A stretch of DNA of 64,000 nucleotides from Ktedonospora formicarum (GCF_016587355.1 NZ_BNJF01000001.1:3189721-3253720), one strand, 5' to 3'. Shown: positions 10,411 to 19,913, counted from the stretch's first letter. The notes: generated from the sequence alone by a model not told the origin. Numbers and translations are program-made.

Positions 10411-12306
10411 TTATAAGGCTATGATTTTGAAGTTTGTGGCTTCGATGATCGCATTGTTGCTACGCAAACCGACCAGCCCCGGTGTCATATGCGTATCGCT
10501 GTTGGTGTGGGCTATTGGTTGTCCATCAATGATAAGCGTGATCTCGCTTTTTTGGACTTTGACGCGGAAGGTATGGCTTCCGCTGGCGAACGAATAGCCC
10601 ACGTTGGTCAGTCGCGTTTGCAAATGATTATCGTGTAGTGAGGCGATGTAGGCCCCGGCATTTCTATCCAGACCACAGGCATAGCCGCCCCCATCGCTGA
10701 AGCGTACAATGACGCCATAGTCGTCGCCATCGGCTGGTCCACCTTTGTGCTTATCCTCGTCTTTACCGCCAGGTCCACCGAAACCATTGAACGTGAGTTG
10801 GGTCTCAACGATATAACTGGCGATGGCAGGTTGGAAGGGCGCGAAGATATCCATATCGGATCTAGCGTCCTCTCTGTCAATGCCGATCTTGCCATTCATT
10901 GTATGCCAACCGCCCTTAAGATCCCAACCGTCGGCCCCCTGCGACCAGTTAGCCTGGTAGAGAATACTTCCGGGCGAGGGTTTTGTAGTGGTTGTCTTTG
11001 CTGTAGATGTTGCTACTGGTGTTTTCTGGGAGCTAGTTTGGGATGTTCCCTTCCCTAGTGGGAAGATGCTAATAAGCAGAATGATGATTAAGAGTATCAG
11101 CCCTCCTATGAGTATTAGTCGTTTGGGTGTGAGATTAGATGGAAGGCGATACCCATCGTTTGTATGCCAGGAGCGTCCAGTAGAGGCTTGCCCAACTGGA
11201 ACATAGTTGATGTTATATGAAGGCGTCTGTGATCCGTTCTGCTGTGGAGAGACGTTAATGGGCCTCTCGCTATGGACAGATCGCGATGGGAGTAGCATAC
11301 GTGGCCCAGCGGTGTTTATAGGCGGGGTTAAGGCTGGGGTCTTTTCGGTAAGACCCTCGCTCTGATATCCGATTGTATCGCCGTTCTGATGTGACAGAGG
11401 AGCATGGGGCTGGGCTGGCAAACGTAGCTTGGTTGGTTCGACGTTCTCCGTGCTAGTGTGCGTTGATGATTGGGCAGCCTGCTCAAAGGCGTTGACGAAG
11501 GCCAGGACATCGGGGAAGCGCTGTTGGGCGTCCTTTGCCAGAGCTTTTTCTAAGACCTGGGCAATCGGTTCTGGCATGAGGTGCGCATTATTGCGGGTGC
11601 GGTCGATGGCAGGAGCGTTCAGCTGTTGCGCACATACCTCGGGGAAGGAGCCACTAAAGGGCGGGTTGCCCATGAGCCATTCATACGCCACAATCGCAAG
11701 CGAGTACTGGTCACTGGCGGGTGAAGGTTTCCCCATTAGTTGTTCTGGGGCCATATAGGTCGCGGTCCCTACGACATCTAGCGTTGTCTGGCGTGAAGTC
11801 TGTGCGACCAGGGCAATCCCAAAATCGCTTAATAGAACCTCATCGTTCTGGTTGAGCAAGATATTTTCGGGCTTGATATCGCGATGGATGAGGCGCTGAC
11901 CATGTGCGTAGTGTAAGGCCCCCGCTGTTTGCTTGAGGAGCCTTATGAGTGTGGGTAGAGGGATCCGCGTGCCGCGAGGGTAGTGGCGACTGATCGCGCC
12001 ATGCGCGGCATAGCTCATAACCAGGTAAGGGAGACCATGCTCAACGCCATAATCCAGGATACGGATAATATGGGGATGCTCAAGGCGTGCGATGACCTGG
12101 GCTTCCTTCCGAAAGCTTTCCATATTCTCAGCGGTCAATGTAAGCCGTAAGACCTTAATAGCTGCATGTGTCTGAAGATGAATATGTTCGCCAAGATAAA
12201 CATCTGCGAAGCCACCCTGCCCGAGCAATCGGACCAGACGATAATTACCTAACTGTTGACCAATAAGTTGTCGCTGCTCTACAGGAACCTCGCTGTAATT
12301 GTTCAT
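10411..12306 (-). CDS. Hanks-type Ser/Thr protein kinase, paralog of 8125..10233, with the same architecture (kinase, TM, DUF1080/LamG-like ectodomain).
   Basis: LGQGGFADVYLGEH, HRDIKPENILL, DFGIA. TM LILIGGLILLIIILLISIF. C-terminal ILYQANWSQGADGWD...PGLVGLRSNNAIIEATNFKIIAL. Confidence 0.85.
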   Translation of the reverse strand: MNNYSEVPVEQRQLIGQQLGNYRLVRLLGQGGFADVYLGEHIHLQTHAAIKVLRLTLTAENMESFRKEAQVIARLEHPHIIRILDYGVEHGLPYLVMSYAAHGAISRHYPRGTRIPLPTLIRLLKQTAGALHYAHGQRLIHRDIKPENILLNQNDEVLLSDFGIALVAQTSRQTTLDVVGTATYMAPEQLMGKPSPASDQYSLAIVAYEWLMGNPPFSGSFPEVCAQQLNAPAIDRTRNNAHLMPEPIAQVLEKALAKDAQQRFPDVLAFVNAFEQAAQSSTHTSTENVEPTKLRLPAQPHAPLSHQNGDTIGYQSEGLTEKTPALTPPINTAGPRMLLPSRSVHSERPINVSPQQNGSQTPSYNINYVPVGQASTGRSWHTNDGYRLPSNLTPKRLILIGGLILLIIILLISIFPLGKGTSQTSSQKTPVATSTAKTTTTKPSPGSILYQANWSQGADGWDLKGGWHTMNGKIGIDREDARSDMDIFAPFQPAIASYIVETQLTFNGFGGPGGKDEDKHKGGPADGDDYGVIVRFSDGGGYACGLDRNAGAYIASLHDNHLQTRLTNVGYSFASGSHTFRVKVQKSEITLIIDGQPIAHTNSDTHMTPGLVGLRSNNAIIEATNFKIIAL

Positions 12307-12578
12307 TAAGCACCTTTCAAGAGAAATTTTATAAGAGGAAGAGGATGATCAATAATTTAGATAGCAATTAATATAAATGTGGTGTGCCCTGATGTGAAAC
12401 ATACTAATATTGCACTAATTACTATACAGGATATTGTCACGCAAGACAAGGTGACCGCCTCAAGGTACAGGGAATCTTTATTTGTTTGTTGGTAGCAGAC
12501 CTGACCTGTGTCGAAGGTGCGAAAAATAGAACAAACGCTCGTTACAGGGCGTCTGTTTTGTAGTACAATATTGAGTAT

Positions 12579-13052
12579 ATGCGTAATGAACTATTGTCCT
12601 GGTTTGCCCGTGAAGGTCTCCTGCTTACCAGCACTACGACAGGTGCGTATACTGATGGGGTAGACGATGAGATCAAAGTCGTCGTCAAGGCCCCGCTGGT
12701 CGCACTTAGCCGTGCTGACAGTGACTTTCGTGAATGTCCAGATCCCATAGATTTTGGCTATCCAGTTGACTGTCTGGATTATATGCTGCTCGATGATATG
12801 CATCAGTTTGTCTTATCCTGGTTCGAGCAGGCAGTGCAAGTGCGGATGGCGCATTGCTTTGTCTGTAACAAAGTACTTGACCTGGGAGAAGAGCATCCCT
12901 GGGATGCTGTCTTTGTGAGCGATCCGCTTTATTGCTGGCTGCTGGTGCATTTTGATTGTAAGCGCTACCTGAATCGTGATCTACGAGGGCGCCACCCTTT
13001 TGAAACGGGCGTGACCTCGTCCGAATACTTTGACTTCCATCTCGATCCTTGA
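12579..13052 (+). CDS. Hypothetical protein with possible Cys/His metal ligands.
   Basis: 157-aa ORF with coding-like codon usage and no recognisable domain (HCFVCNK...YCWLLVHFDCK). Confidence 0.3.
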   Translation: MRNELLSWFAREGLLLTSTTTGAYTDGVDDEIKVVVKAPLVALSRADSDFRECPDPIDFGYPVDCLDYMLLDDMHQFVLSWFEQAVQVRMAHCFVCNKVLDLGEEHPWDAVFVSDPLYCWLLVHFDCKRYLNRDLRGRHPFETGVTSSEYFDFHLDP

Positions 13053-13110
13053 ATCCACGTACCCTTTATGTATCTTCTCTTGCGCGTAAACCTTATACGG
13101 CAAAGATCGA

Positions 13111-14910
13111 ATGAAAGAGAATGTTATGGATAAAGCACAAGTCGCCTCAATGTTAGAAGAGATTGCATCTCTTCTGGCCCTCAAGGCCGATAGCAATGTA
13201 TTTGAGCAGCGAGCTTATGAGAATGCCGCGCGTGCTCTCAATAGCCTGGATGGCGATCTCACACAACTGGTGGAACAGAAGAAGCTCAAGGGGACTCCTG
13301 GTCTAGGAGCCACGCTTATCAAGCGCGTCGAAGAGGCTGTCCAGGAGGGCCACATCGCTATCCTGAATGAACTGCGAGCCAATACGCCAGCCGTGAAGCT
13401 GGAAATGATGCGCATTCCGGGAGTTGGCCCCAAGAAGATCAACGCCATGTATGATGAGTTACATCCCAAGAGCATAGCCGATCTGGAGCAGGCATGCAAA
13501 GATGATAAGGTGGCGAAGATCCCTGGTTTTGGCAAGAAGACGCAGGAGAAGATTCTTCAAGGGATTGCCTTCTTGCAGCAGCATGCGGACCGTTTCCGCT
13601 TTGATGTGGCCTTCACCGAGGCCGAGCGTATACGCGCTGCCCTTGCGACGCTCCCTGAGATTGTACGCCTGGAGGTGGCGGGAAGTCTGCGTCGCCGCCG
13701 TGAGACGGTGAAGGATATCGATATGGTCGTTAGTGTGAGCGATGGTGCCGGTCAGGATGAGCGCGAGAAAATCATGACTTTCTTTACCTCACAACCCGGC
13801 ATTCTTTCGATTACAGGGAAGGGATTGACCAAGTCGAGCGTGGTCCTTGCCAGTGGCATCGCGATGGACCTGCGTGTAGTCAGCGATAGTCAGTTCCCCT
13901 CGACCCTCCATCATTTCACGGGCTCGCGTGAGCACCATATTCCGCTCCGCAGGCGTGCGCAAAATATGGGCATGACCATCAATGACTATGGCCTCTTTAA
14001 GATTAGCGATGGAAGCGAGGAGTTGATTCCCTGCCACGAGGAGAGCGATATTTATGCTGCGCTCAATCTTGAGTATATCGCTCCTGAGTTGCGCGAAGAT
14101 ACAGGCGAGATAGAAGCCGCTGCTCAACACAAACTTCCTAAGCTTGTAGAGCAGAGTGATATGCGCGGCATCCTACATGCACACTCAACCTATAGCGATG
14201 GGCAGAGGACCATACGCGAGATGGTTGATGCATGCATTGAGCGTGGCTACTCCTACCTTGGTTTGAGCGATCACAGTAAGGCGGCGGCCTATGCTGGTGG
14301 CCTCTCAGAGGATGATGTGCGCCGACAGTGGGAAGAGATTGACCGCCTGAACGCGGAACTGAAGGGACGCTTCCGTATTCTCAAGGGCATCGAATGTGAC
14401 ATTCTAAAAGATGGCACTCTTGACTTTGAGAACGACTTGCTTGCTGGCTTTGACTTTGTGATTGTCTCAATTCACAGTAACTTTAACCTCACACCGGAGG
14501 AGCAGACGCGGCGCATGTTGCGCGCCATTGCGAATCCCTATACTTCAATTATCGCTCATCCTACGGGTCGTCTTTTGCTTGGTAGAGCAGGGTATACATT
14601 AGATATGGAGGCCGTGGTTGACGCGGCTGCGCGAGAGGGGGTCTGCATTGAGATCAATGCTCATCCATCGCGCCTGGACCTGGATTGGCGTCTGGTGCGC
14701 AAGGGCCGCGAGAAGGGCCTGAAGGTACCAATTGGACCTGATGCGCATACGACCGAGGGGCTCGATGATGTCTTCTATGGCATTGGCATCGCGCGTAAGG
14801 GCTGGCTCTCCGCTGAAGATGTTCCTAATACGCTGGAAGCGGATGAACTCTTACGCTTCTTCCAGGAGCAACGCGAGCGACGCTTGAAGCAAAGCAGCGT
14901 TGCCCACTGA
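13111..14910 (+). CDS. polX: DNA polymerase X family protein with a C-terminal PHP phosphoesterase domain.
   Basis: HhH motifs (GVGPKKI, GFGKKT), Pol-beta palm (VAGSLRRRRETVKDIDMVV) and PHP domain (HAHSTYSDGQ...SDHS...HP). Confidence 0.9.
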   Translation: MKENVMDKAQVASMLEEIASLLALKADSNVFEQRAYENAARALNSLDGDLTQLVEQKKLKGTPGLGATLIKRVEEAVQEGHIAILNELRANTPAVKLEMMRIPGVGPKKINAMYDELHPKSIADLEQACKDDKVAKIPGFGKKTQEKILQGIAFLQQHADRFRFDVAFTEAERIRAALATLPEIVRLEVAGSLRRRRETVKDIDMVVSVSDGAGQDEREKIMTFFTSQPGILSITGKGLTKSSVVLASGIAMDLRVVSDSQFPSTLHHFTGSREHHIPLRRRAQNMGMTINDYGLFKISDGSEELIPCHEESDIYAALNLEYIAPELREDTGEIEAAAQHKLPKLVEQSDMRGILHAHSTYSDGQRTIREMVDACIERGYSYLGLSDHSKAAAYAGGLSEDDVRRQWEEIDRLNAELKGRFRILKGIECDILKDGTLDFENDLLAGFDFVIVSIHSNFNLTPEEQTRRMLRAIANPYTSIIAHPTGRLLLGRAGYTLDMEAVVDAAAREGVCIEINAHPSRLDLDWRLVRKGREKGLKVPIGPDAHTTEGLDDVFYGIGIARKGWLSAEDVPNTLEADELLRFFQEQRERRLKQSSVAH

Positions 14911-15079
14911 GAAATGGTTTTGTTGCCTGATATCGAGCTCCTTTCATCCAGGAAGGCCACTTATCCGTAATAAGGGATACAGGGCTTCTCAAAAGCTGTC
15001 ATCTCTGTGATTTGACAAGCTGGCGACTCTTGAGAAGCCCTGGAGATGGGAATGATGGCACTTTTGCATTCTTCCCTAT

Positions 15080-15155
15080 GGTCTTATGCGAAAACCTGAG
15101 CGCGTACGTTACAACGAACATCAACCCTCGTATGAGGGCTGGTTTTCGCATAAGG
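15080..15155. repeat. Dispersed palindromic repeat family, canonical copy in the rplY 5' leader.
   Basis: ggtcttatgcgaaaacctgagcgcg...ggttttcgcataagg. The 14-bp termini are perfectly inverted. Confidence 0.7.
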
Positions 15156-15188
15156 AGAGTGTACTTTTGTGAGAAGGAGAGATATCGT

Positions 15189-15830
15189 ATGGCGAAACCA
15201 ATCGAAATGGATGTCACCCCACGCGAGATTATGGGGAAGAAGACGAAGAGCTTGCGACGTCAGGGGCTTCTCCCTGGTAATATTGGTGGTCACAAGCTCG
15301 ACTCTGTTGCCGTTCAGTTTGATGAGAAGACCTTCACGCGTCTACAGCGCGAGAGTCCGGTAGGCAGTATCTATTCGCTAAACCTTCCCAAAGGGAAGCC
15401 TGAGACGGTGCTAGTTCGTCATGTGCAGCACGACCCGGTTTCAACCCAGGTTCTGCATGTCGATTTCTCTCGCATTAACCTAAACGAAGAGGTGAAAATC
15501 AAGATCCCACTGCACTTCGTTGGTGAGTCGCTTGCTATCCGCGATACAAAGGGTACTCTATTACACATGGACGCGCTTGAGGTCACATGCCAGGCATCTA
15601 AGATTGTTCCGGCAATTGAAGTGGACATCGCACGGCTGGCAACGCTTGATGATGTTATCTATGCGAAGGACGTGGAACTTCCCAAGGGCTATAAGCTCGC
15701 TACGGAGCCGGAAGAGTCGGTTGCCAAGGTCGCTCCTCCGAAGGTTGAGCTACCAGAGCCTACCGAAGAGGCTCCTGTGGAGGCTGCTCCTCCTGCTCCG
15801 GCTGAAGGTGAAAGTGGGTCCACAGACTAA
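15189..15830 (+). CDS. rplY: 50S ribosomal protein L25 / general stress protein Ctc.
   Basis: MAKPIEMDVTPREIMGKKTKSLRRQGLLPGNIGG... is typical of L25/Ctc, with an acidic Pro/Ala/Glu C-terminal tail. An AAGGAGAG Shine-Dalgarno precedes it. The track ORF's N-terminal extension reads through the repeat. Confidence 0.85.
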   Translation: MAKPIEMDVTPREIMGKKTKSLRRQGLLPGNIGGHKLDSVAVQFDEKTFTRLQRESPVGSIYSLNLPKGKPETVLVRHVQHDPVSTQVLHVDFSRINLNEEVKIKIPLHFVGESLAIRDTKGTLLHMDALEVTCQASKIVPAIEVDIARLATLDDVIYAKDVELPKGYKLATEPEESVAKVAPPKVELPEPTEEAPVEAAPPAPAEGESGSTD

Positions 15831-15961
15831 GCAGCACTTTCTAGCAGTGCCTTCTTTTTATCAGGGACGCGGTGACTACCCAATATGTCTTACCGCGTCC
15901 CTCTCTGTGTTACTCGTACCTACCTGAAGTCGTCGTTGCTTATAGCCTGCTTATCCGATTG

Positions 15962-16028
15962 CTCGCCTCGGTTTATGTGAAGGTTTAGACGAAAACCAGC
16001 GTGCTATTACGCCTCGGTTTTTCACATA
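15962..16028. repeat. Dispersed palindromic repeat family copy.
   Basis: ggtttagacgaaaaccagcg... flanked by direct cgcctcggttt repeats. Confidence 0.5.
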
Positions 16029-16107
16029 TATTAGGAAATTTATAGTAACAACAATCTGGTAATTCAGCGCGTATAACAAAGGTAGGGTGTTACCAACATC
16101 GTCTAAG

Positions 16108-16193
16108 GGTCTAGATGAGAACCAATTCTTATGCGAGGGCAGGGCGGTATTCTCTCTTCTGCTGGCGCTTACGCGCTTAGGTGTTCGCATAGG
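16108..16193. repeat. Dispersed palindromic repeat family copy.
   Basis: ggtctagatgagaacc...gctggcgcttacgcgcttaggtgttcgcatagg. Confidence 0.6.
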
Positions 16194-16231
16194 AATGCAT
16201 AGAGTATTATGACCAGGAGCTAGAAGCAACC

Positions 16232-17557
16232 ATGCGCATCATGCTTGTGACCGATCAATATCCTCCAATGGTAGGAGGCGTGCCTACCGTCACGCGTGGC
16301 CTCGCGGTCGATTTCGCCAAACGTGGTCACCAGGTCTGGGTCGTCGCGCCCAGTTATGGTGCGCGCGATGTACGCCGCCTTGAGCATGACGTGCGTGTCT
16401 ATCGCTTCTCGTCTTTTGAGTGGCCGACCTACGAGGGACTCCGTATTCCTTTCTTGCCCTTTATGCCGATTCGCAACCTGATCAAGCGGAGCGATCCCGA
16501 TATTATCCATATTCACTCTCCGGTAGTCCTCGGCAATGTTGCGCAAATCCTGGCGGGAGGGTTGCGTAAGCCCGTGATCGCGACCAATCACTACTTGCCG
16601 ATCAATATGAGCCGCTCTCTCTCATCTGATCCCGTCTTTGGTAAGCCGTTTAGCAGCGTGACCTATAGCTATCTGGTCAATTTCTGTAACCGTTGCGAGT
16701 ATGTCACTGCTCCCACACAAACCGCGCTGAATTTACTCTATGAACATGGCTTGCGTGCACCTGCGCGTGCCATCTCAAATGGCATCGATATCAGCAAGTA
16801 TACGCCTGGTGAGCCCGACCCAGAGGTGCTTCGCCGCTTCGGCCTACCAGAGGATCGCCCACTAATTATTCATGTGAATCGCTTGAGTGAGGAGAAGCGC
16901 ATCGATGTGTTGATTCGCGCTCTGAAGTATATGCGCCAGCCTGCTCATGTGGCGCTGGTAGGTTCAGGACCCATGGAGAGTGAGCTGCGCGCACTGACGG
17001 CGAGCCTGCAACTGGAGGACCGTGTGAGTTTCCTCGGCTATGTGCGCGATGCTGATCTGCTCGCACTACGTCGAACCTCTACTCTCTTTGCGATTCCCTC
17101 TGAGGCGGATTTGCAGAGTCTAGCGACGATGGAGGCCATGGCTTGTGGTCTGCCTGTGCTTGCCGCTAACTCCTATGCTTTGCCCGAACTGGTGCATCAT
17201 GGCGAGAATGGTTTCCTTTTCCAACCCGGTAATAGTGAGGAGGCTGCTGGCTACCTGGATACTATGATTGAGAATGATGAGTTGCGCGCGCGTATGCGCC
17301 AGGGCAGTCTAGATATCATCGCTAAACATGATCGCCTGGCTATCCTTGACGAATGGGAAGACCTCTATCGCCGCCTCTCAATTGAATTTAAAGAGGATAA
17401 AGAGCGCAAACAGCATATGCGCACAATGCGTAAATATGGGGGTCGCATACCTCATGAGCGTAAGGGCTCGCGCTCTCGTCTGCGCCGCTCCGGCTCTACT
17501 GGTGACCTTTCTTTTGATTGGCCTGCCATCGACGGAACCTCAGACACACAAATCTAG
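16232..17557 (+). CDS. Family 4 (GT-B) glycosyltransferase with a ~70-aa basic C-terminal extension.
   Basis: N-terminal MRIMLVTDQYPPMVGGVPTVTRGLAVDFAKRGHQVWVV and C-terminal Rossmann half with E...ENGFLF, typical of GT4. Confidence 0.85.
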   Translation: MRIMLVTDQYPPMVGGVPTVTRGLAVDFAKRGHQVWVVAPSYGARDVRRLEHDVRVYRFSSFEWPTYEGLRIPFLPFMPIRNLIKRSDPDIIHIHSPVVLGNVAQILAGGLRKPVIATNHYLPINMSRSLSSDPVFGKPFSSVTYSYLVNFCNRCEYVTAPTQTALNLLYEHGLRAPARAISNGIDISKYTPGEPDPEVLRRFGLPEDRPLIIHVNRLSEEKRIDVLIRALKYMRQPAHVALVGSGPMESELRALTASLQLEDRVSFLGYVRDADLLALRRTSTLFAIPSEADLQSLATMEAMACGLPVLAANSYALPELVHHGENGFLFQPGNSEEAAGYLDTMIENDELRARMRQGSLDIIAKHDRLAILDEWEDLYRRLSIEFKEDKERKQHMRTMRKYGGRIPHERKGSRSRLRRSGSTGDLSFDWPAIDGTSDTQI

Positions 17558-17573
17558 TCGGAATATATCCCCT

Positions 17574-17640
17574 CAAAGGGAAGAGCATGATCCGCTGCTA
17601 TTTGAAGCAGATCATGCTCTTCCCTTTGTATTATCTTGTG
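17574..17640 (+). terminator. Probable intrinsic terminator of the glycosyltransferase gene.
   Basis: 19-bp perfect stem caaagggaagagcatgatc / gatcatgctcttccctttg with a 17-nt loop, starting 17 nt after the stop and followed by a U-rich tattatcttgtgtt. Confidence 0.5.
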
Positions 17641-17871
17641 TTAAAGGCAATGCTCATAAAATAGCCACAAATAACTATTTGTTCTTGTGCATCAATGTAA
17701 TGTATTGACGTTTATAATACATTTTGTTAGACTTATACGCATCGAGGCTCTGCGCGAGTTTCGACCAGGCGTGCGGCTATTGCCTTCGCGGCTCGCCCGC
17801 CACTTGGTGGGACAGGTAGGATGCACGGTTGAGGATTGGTATGTCGCGAGAAGTTGAGAGGGAAGCCTTAT

Positions 17872-18234
17872 ATGGTAGAGGAAGAGCACTCCACGCAGTC
17901 TATAGCGTCAACAGATAACAATACGACGTCCCCCACACCCAAAACTGGCCGCAAAGGTGGTAATACTGTGCGTGCCAAGTATGGCGAGGACTACTATCAG
18001 CGGATAGGGAAGAAGGGCGGTACCGTCCTGAAAGAGAAGCGTGGCACTGAGTACTATCGCACTATCGCTCAGAAAGGTGGGCGAGCCAATGTCACGAAGT
18101 ATGGTCCTGAGCACTTTTCCGCGATGGGCAAGAAGGGCGGAAACGCCACAAAAGAGAGCCAGGGGCCTGATTTCTATAGCCGTATTGGTCGCCTGGGTGG
18201 TGCGGCCAAAAGGCAGAAGAAATCTTCCTCTTAG
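17872..18234 (+). CDS. KGG-repeat general stress protein (YciG-like).
   Basis: Five repeats of G-x-KGG-x7-G-x-E/D-x-Y-x-x-I-G. ATG 17872 (MVEEEHS) is preceded by GAGAGGGAAG. Confidence 0.7.
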   Translation: MVEEEHSTQSIASTDNNTTSPTPKTGRKGGNTVRAKYGEDYYQRIGKKGGTVLKEKRGTEYYRTIAQKGGRANVTKYGPEHFSAMGKKGGNATKESQGPDFYSRIGRLGGAAKRQKKSSS

Positions 18235-18388
18235 GCACTGAGCACATATACAAATAAGCGGCGAGGATGCCAGTTGGAACGAAAAGTCGTGGTACATCAC
18301 GCATCGGGGACGTTGCCGGTTGCGTCGCTTCATATTGCCAAATTGGACCAAAAATTTTGGTGCCCGTCATACATGGCGGGCATTTAAA

Positions 18389-18434
18389 AATGACGCTATA
18401 AGATGTTGCATGCGCAACATTTTATAGCGTCATT
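18389..18434. other. 46-bp near-perfect nested palindrome between convergent genes. It may be a bidirectional terminator or a protein-binding site.
   Basis: aatgacgctataa-gatgttgcatgcgcaacat-tttatagcgtcatt. Confidence 0.35.
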
Positions 18435-18465
18435 GTAAATATAACCCAGTTTTGCGTAATGAGTA

Positions 18466-19530
18466 TTAAAGTGCGGAAGGTGTGCTATCTGCTCTGCTCT
18501 CAGCCAAATGGGCGACGCCTTCGGTGATAGCTTGCGTTACACCCGTTTCTGCGGTTTCCTTTGCCACGCGGAGCGCGTTCTTGATGGCCCTGGCATTGGA
18601 GCGACCGTGCGCAATAATAGCTGCGCCATTGACACCTAGCAGAGGCACGCCGCCGTATTCCGCGTAGTCCAGCTTCTTATAGATCTTACGCATGCCTGGT
18701 CTCAGGACTGCTGCGGCTAGCTTGCTTATCAACGAAGAGGTGAATTCCTCGCGAAGCATAGAGAAGAGCGTCTCACCAATGCCTTCGCTTAGCTTGAGTA
18801 CGACATTCCCCACAAAACCATCGCAGACCACCACATCCGCTGCCGGATGCAAAATTTCACGTCCCTCGATATTACCAATGAAATTGAGGCCCAGCCGCTC
18901 GGCATTGCGTTTTAAGAGCTGGTGGGTCTCTACGACTTGCTGGTTTCCTTTGCTCTCTTCTTCACCGTTGGCGAGCAGCGCAACGCGTGGCTTCTTGGTA
19001 TGAAATATGCGTTCCATGTAGACAGAGCCCATCAGGGCGAACTGTTGTAAATATTCTGGCTTGCAGTCCGTATTGGCGCCAACATCGATGACCAGGCAGG
19101 GGGTGCTCTTTGTGGGAAAGACGCCGCCAAGAGCTGGCCGCTCTACGCCGGGAATACGCTTCAAGGTGAAGAGTGCTGCCGCCATCATCGCGCCGCTATT
19201 TCCAGCGGAGACCGCGCCAATAGCTTTGCCATCTCGCACCAATTGTAACGCCAGGGTCATCGAGGCATTCTTCTTACGCCTGACCGCCGTCGCGGGATGT
19301 TCGTCCATATCGATGGCCTCATCTGTATGGACAATGGGTAGATCCAGGCCAGTAGTATCGTGCTTCGCCAATTCGCTCTTAAGCACCTCCTCCTGCCCTA
19401 CAAGGTAGACTCCTATACCATACTCACGTGCAGCTTGAATGGCCCCCAGCACTATCTCGCCGGGAGCCTTGTCGCCGCCCATCGCGTCAAGCGCCAAGCG
19501 CGTGGGCGTGTTAGTTGTAATGTCACTCAT
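18466..19530 (-). CDS. plsX: Phosphate acyltransferase PlsX.
   Basis: RLALDAMGGDKAPGEIVLGA..., the DVVVCDGFVGNV motif and a length of 354 aa. Confidence 0.9.
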   Translation of the reverse strand: MSDITTNTPTRLALDAMGGDKAPGEIVLGAIQAAREYGIGVYLVGQEEVLKSELAKHDTTGLDLPIVHTDEAIDMDEHPATAVRRKKNASMTLALQLVRDGKAIGAVSAGNSGAMMAAALFTLKRIPGVERPALGGVFPTKSTPCLVIDVGANTDCKPEYLQQFALMGSVYMERIFHTKKPRVALLANGEEESKGNQQVVETHQLLKRNAERLGLNFIGNIEGREILHPAADVVVCDGFVGNVVLKLSEGIGETLFSMLREEFTSSLISKLAAAVLRPGMRKIYKKLDYAEYGGVPLLGVNGAAIIAHGRSNARAIKNALRVAKETAETGVTQAITEGVAHLAESRADSTPSAL

Positions 19531-19913
19531 GCGCTTCTTTCCTCCGGTTCCCCGATGGTCTGCTTCACTAGCGCGACCAGCTTGTCCAGATCGAATGGTT
19601 TGTACACGATGTGCACAACGCCTGCATCGCGGAACTCCTGCTCTTCGTTTGCGGCCCCCAGGAACGCTGTAACCACGATGACCGGGATCTGTTTGCCTAC
19701 CCCCATCGTCATGAGCTTGAGTTCGTCACGGCCATCCAGATAAGGCATCATCAGGTCTAGCAACACCAGATCGGGCTTGTGTTCCTGAATAGAGTCATAG
19801 AAACGCAAGCTCTGGGTCGTCATAAACGTCTCATAGCCTTCATCCGCCAGTGCTTCAGTGAGCAAGTCGGCAATAGTTGGATCGTCATCCATAATCAAGA
19901 TTTTTTTTGCCAT
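19527..19913 (-). CDS. Single-domain (CheY-like) response regulator receiver protein.
   Basis: ILIMDDDP...DLVLLDLMMP...VIVVTA...K. Its stop overlaps the plsX start (ATGA, a 4-bp overlap). Confidence 0.85.
   Translation of the reverse strand: MAKKILIMDDDPTIADLLTEALADEGYETFMTTQSLRFYDSIQEHKPDLVLLDLMMPYLDGRDELKLMTMGVGKQIPVIVVTAFLGAANEEQEFRDAGVVHIVYKPFDLDKLVALVKQTIGEPEERSA

Noticed and set aside
12307-12578. Weak similarity of tgtcgaaggtgcgaaaaat...ctgttttgtag to the palindromic repeat family.
   Set aside because: Only the cgaaaa core matches. The termini and internal core are absent, so I did not count it as a copy.
14982-15039. 11-bp perfect inverted repeat gggcttctcaa / ttgagaagccc with a 36-nt loop downstream of polX.
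   Set aside because: Possibly a terminator or operator, but it has no U-tract, a large loop and no resemblance to other elements. It is too ambiguous to call as a feature, so I note it only here.
15012-15188. N-terminal extensions of track ORFs, the kind a CRISPR or gene-fusion hunter might flag (rplY 15012, rel 42762, lysK 26477, aroG 35975, lplA-like 39377, acyl-CoA synthetase 56190).
   Set aside because: The extensions read through intergenic palindromic repeat copies or leader hairpins and lack Shine-Dalgarno sequences. Internal ATG codons with good Shine-Dalgarno sequences coincide with the conserved N-termini of the respective families.
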